Assembly (NCBI GenBank): GCA_037200925.1
Contig: JBBCGO010000001.1
Location: 383,698-447,697 of the forward strand
Length of the DNA: 64,000 bases
Direction of reading: 5' to 3'
Origin: Candidatus Doudnabacteria bacterium
GTDB taxonomy: Bacteria; Patescibacteriota; Doudnabacteria; UBA920; O2-02-FULL-48-8
Shown: positions 63,478 through 64,000 of the stretch, piece by piece
Layout: each line of letters opens with the position of its first letter
How positions within the stretch are numbered: the first letter of the stretch is position 1
Notes under the pieces: generated by a model
Told to the model about the DNA's origin: nothing
The model's input: only the letters and a program-made list of their open reading frames with translations
Database searches by the model: none
Program-made: the position numbers and the translations under genes

Positions 63478-64000
63478 CTAACTATAGCTTAATCCAATTC
63501 CGCTTTTGCTAATGTCCTTTGTTGGGGTGCCCGATGGGGCTCTAGCCACCACTTTCCTGTGTGCGACGAATAATGGTTTGAAATCGTCGTGCGGTTCTAT
63601 GGCTACAACCTTTTGATCCTGCACCCAAATTCGTTTAATTGTTGTTTGTATCCACTCACGCTTTTCTTCCATATCTATCGTGTGCCAGAATTGTTTGAAG
63701 TCCTTGAGGAATTTTTCAGTCTTTTTTGTATATTCAGCTTCCTTAAGTTTACCATTATTATTTACTAACCCCAAACTTTCGTATTTTTTCAGCTCGCTAT
63801 TGATGTCCTTGATTTGCTGTAGGTATTCAGCTTCTGTGAGTTCTTCGGTATTCTGCCATTGAAAGTTTACTTTTTTCTTTCTGGCCTGCAACTTATCTAC
63901 GATCGAGGTGTCCTTCACTGATTGGCTGGCTTGCTTAAATAAATCCTTGAGCTTGGATAACGTATGCTCAATAATATCTGAGGGTATATTAAACCCCTCC
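63478..64000 (-). CDS. Hypothetical protein, C-terminal part (the reading frame stays open to the window end; the GTG at 63918 used by the track is probably internal)
   Basis: Minus frame reads ...EGFNIPSDIIEHTLSKLKDLFKQASQSVKDTSIVDKLQARKKK... with no stop before 64000. The coiled-coil-rich C-terminus and the ...IKRIWVQDQKVVAIE... tail are faintly reminiscent of large serine recombinase C-terminal regions. Confidence 0.35.
   Translation of the reverse strand, partial: EGFNIPSDIIEHTLSKLKDLFKQASQSVKDTSIVDKLQARKKKVNFQWQNTEELTEAEYLQQIKDINSELKKYESLGLVNNNGKLKEAEYTKKTEKFLKDFKQFWHTIDMEEKREWIQTTIKRIWVQDQKVVAIEPHDDFKPLFVAHRKVVARAPSGTPTKDISKSGIGLSYS

Overview
This 64 kb window is a gene-dense bacterial chromosomal segment. 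Most genes are on the minus strand, and GC content is visibly uneven. Core genes I recognise with confidence are glycyl-tRNA synthetase (5' part only, runs off the window start), tgt, the rpsO-pnp pair with its structured intergenic leader, a XerC/D-type tyrosine recombinase, purD, purS and a PurM-like gene. Cell-envelope content is heavy. There is an AT-rich polysaccharide cluster (processive GT2 synthase, two GT4, a SAM methyltransferase, an FAD oxidoreductase). There is a cell-wall/redox block (L,D-transpeptidase-FN3, M15 D-Ala-D-Ala carboxypeptidase, DipZ-like CcdA-thioredoxin). There is a P-type ATPase, a MarR-MFS pair, and a DoxX plus cupredoxin lipoprotein preceded by two truncated copies of its own leader. 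Many surface proteins carry signal peptides. The most striking locus is 39.7-51.5 kb: two adjacent giant (about 1950 aa) secreted NHL-repeat proteins with near-identical 5' and 3' ends. One of them also carries LamG, SGNH-hydrolase and Asn-rich beta-helix-like modules. Their C-terminal roughly 110-aa domain recurs in a third large BIG2-repeat surface protein at 56.1-58.7 kb, and I do not recognise this domain. A second notable locus is a three-gene split LigD operon (phosphoesterase, ATP-dependent ligase, primase-polymerase) with no Ku gene in the window. Its first gene starts under a palindromic TATAATTATA element shared with the divergent ABC exporter gene. Intergenic regions carry recurring sequence families: a terminator hairpin fused to an extended -10 (TGnTATAAT) three times, and a TTGnTT-17-TGCTATAAT promoter twice. 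I found no tRNA, rRNA, CRISPR array or clear mobile element. The organism is probably uncultivated. The mix of small DUF-type membrane proteins, sortase-type and PT/Pro-rich surface proteins and giant adhesin-like proteins resembles Patescibacteria or other small-genome lineages, but that placement is only inference.
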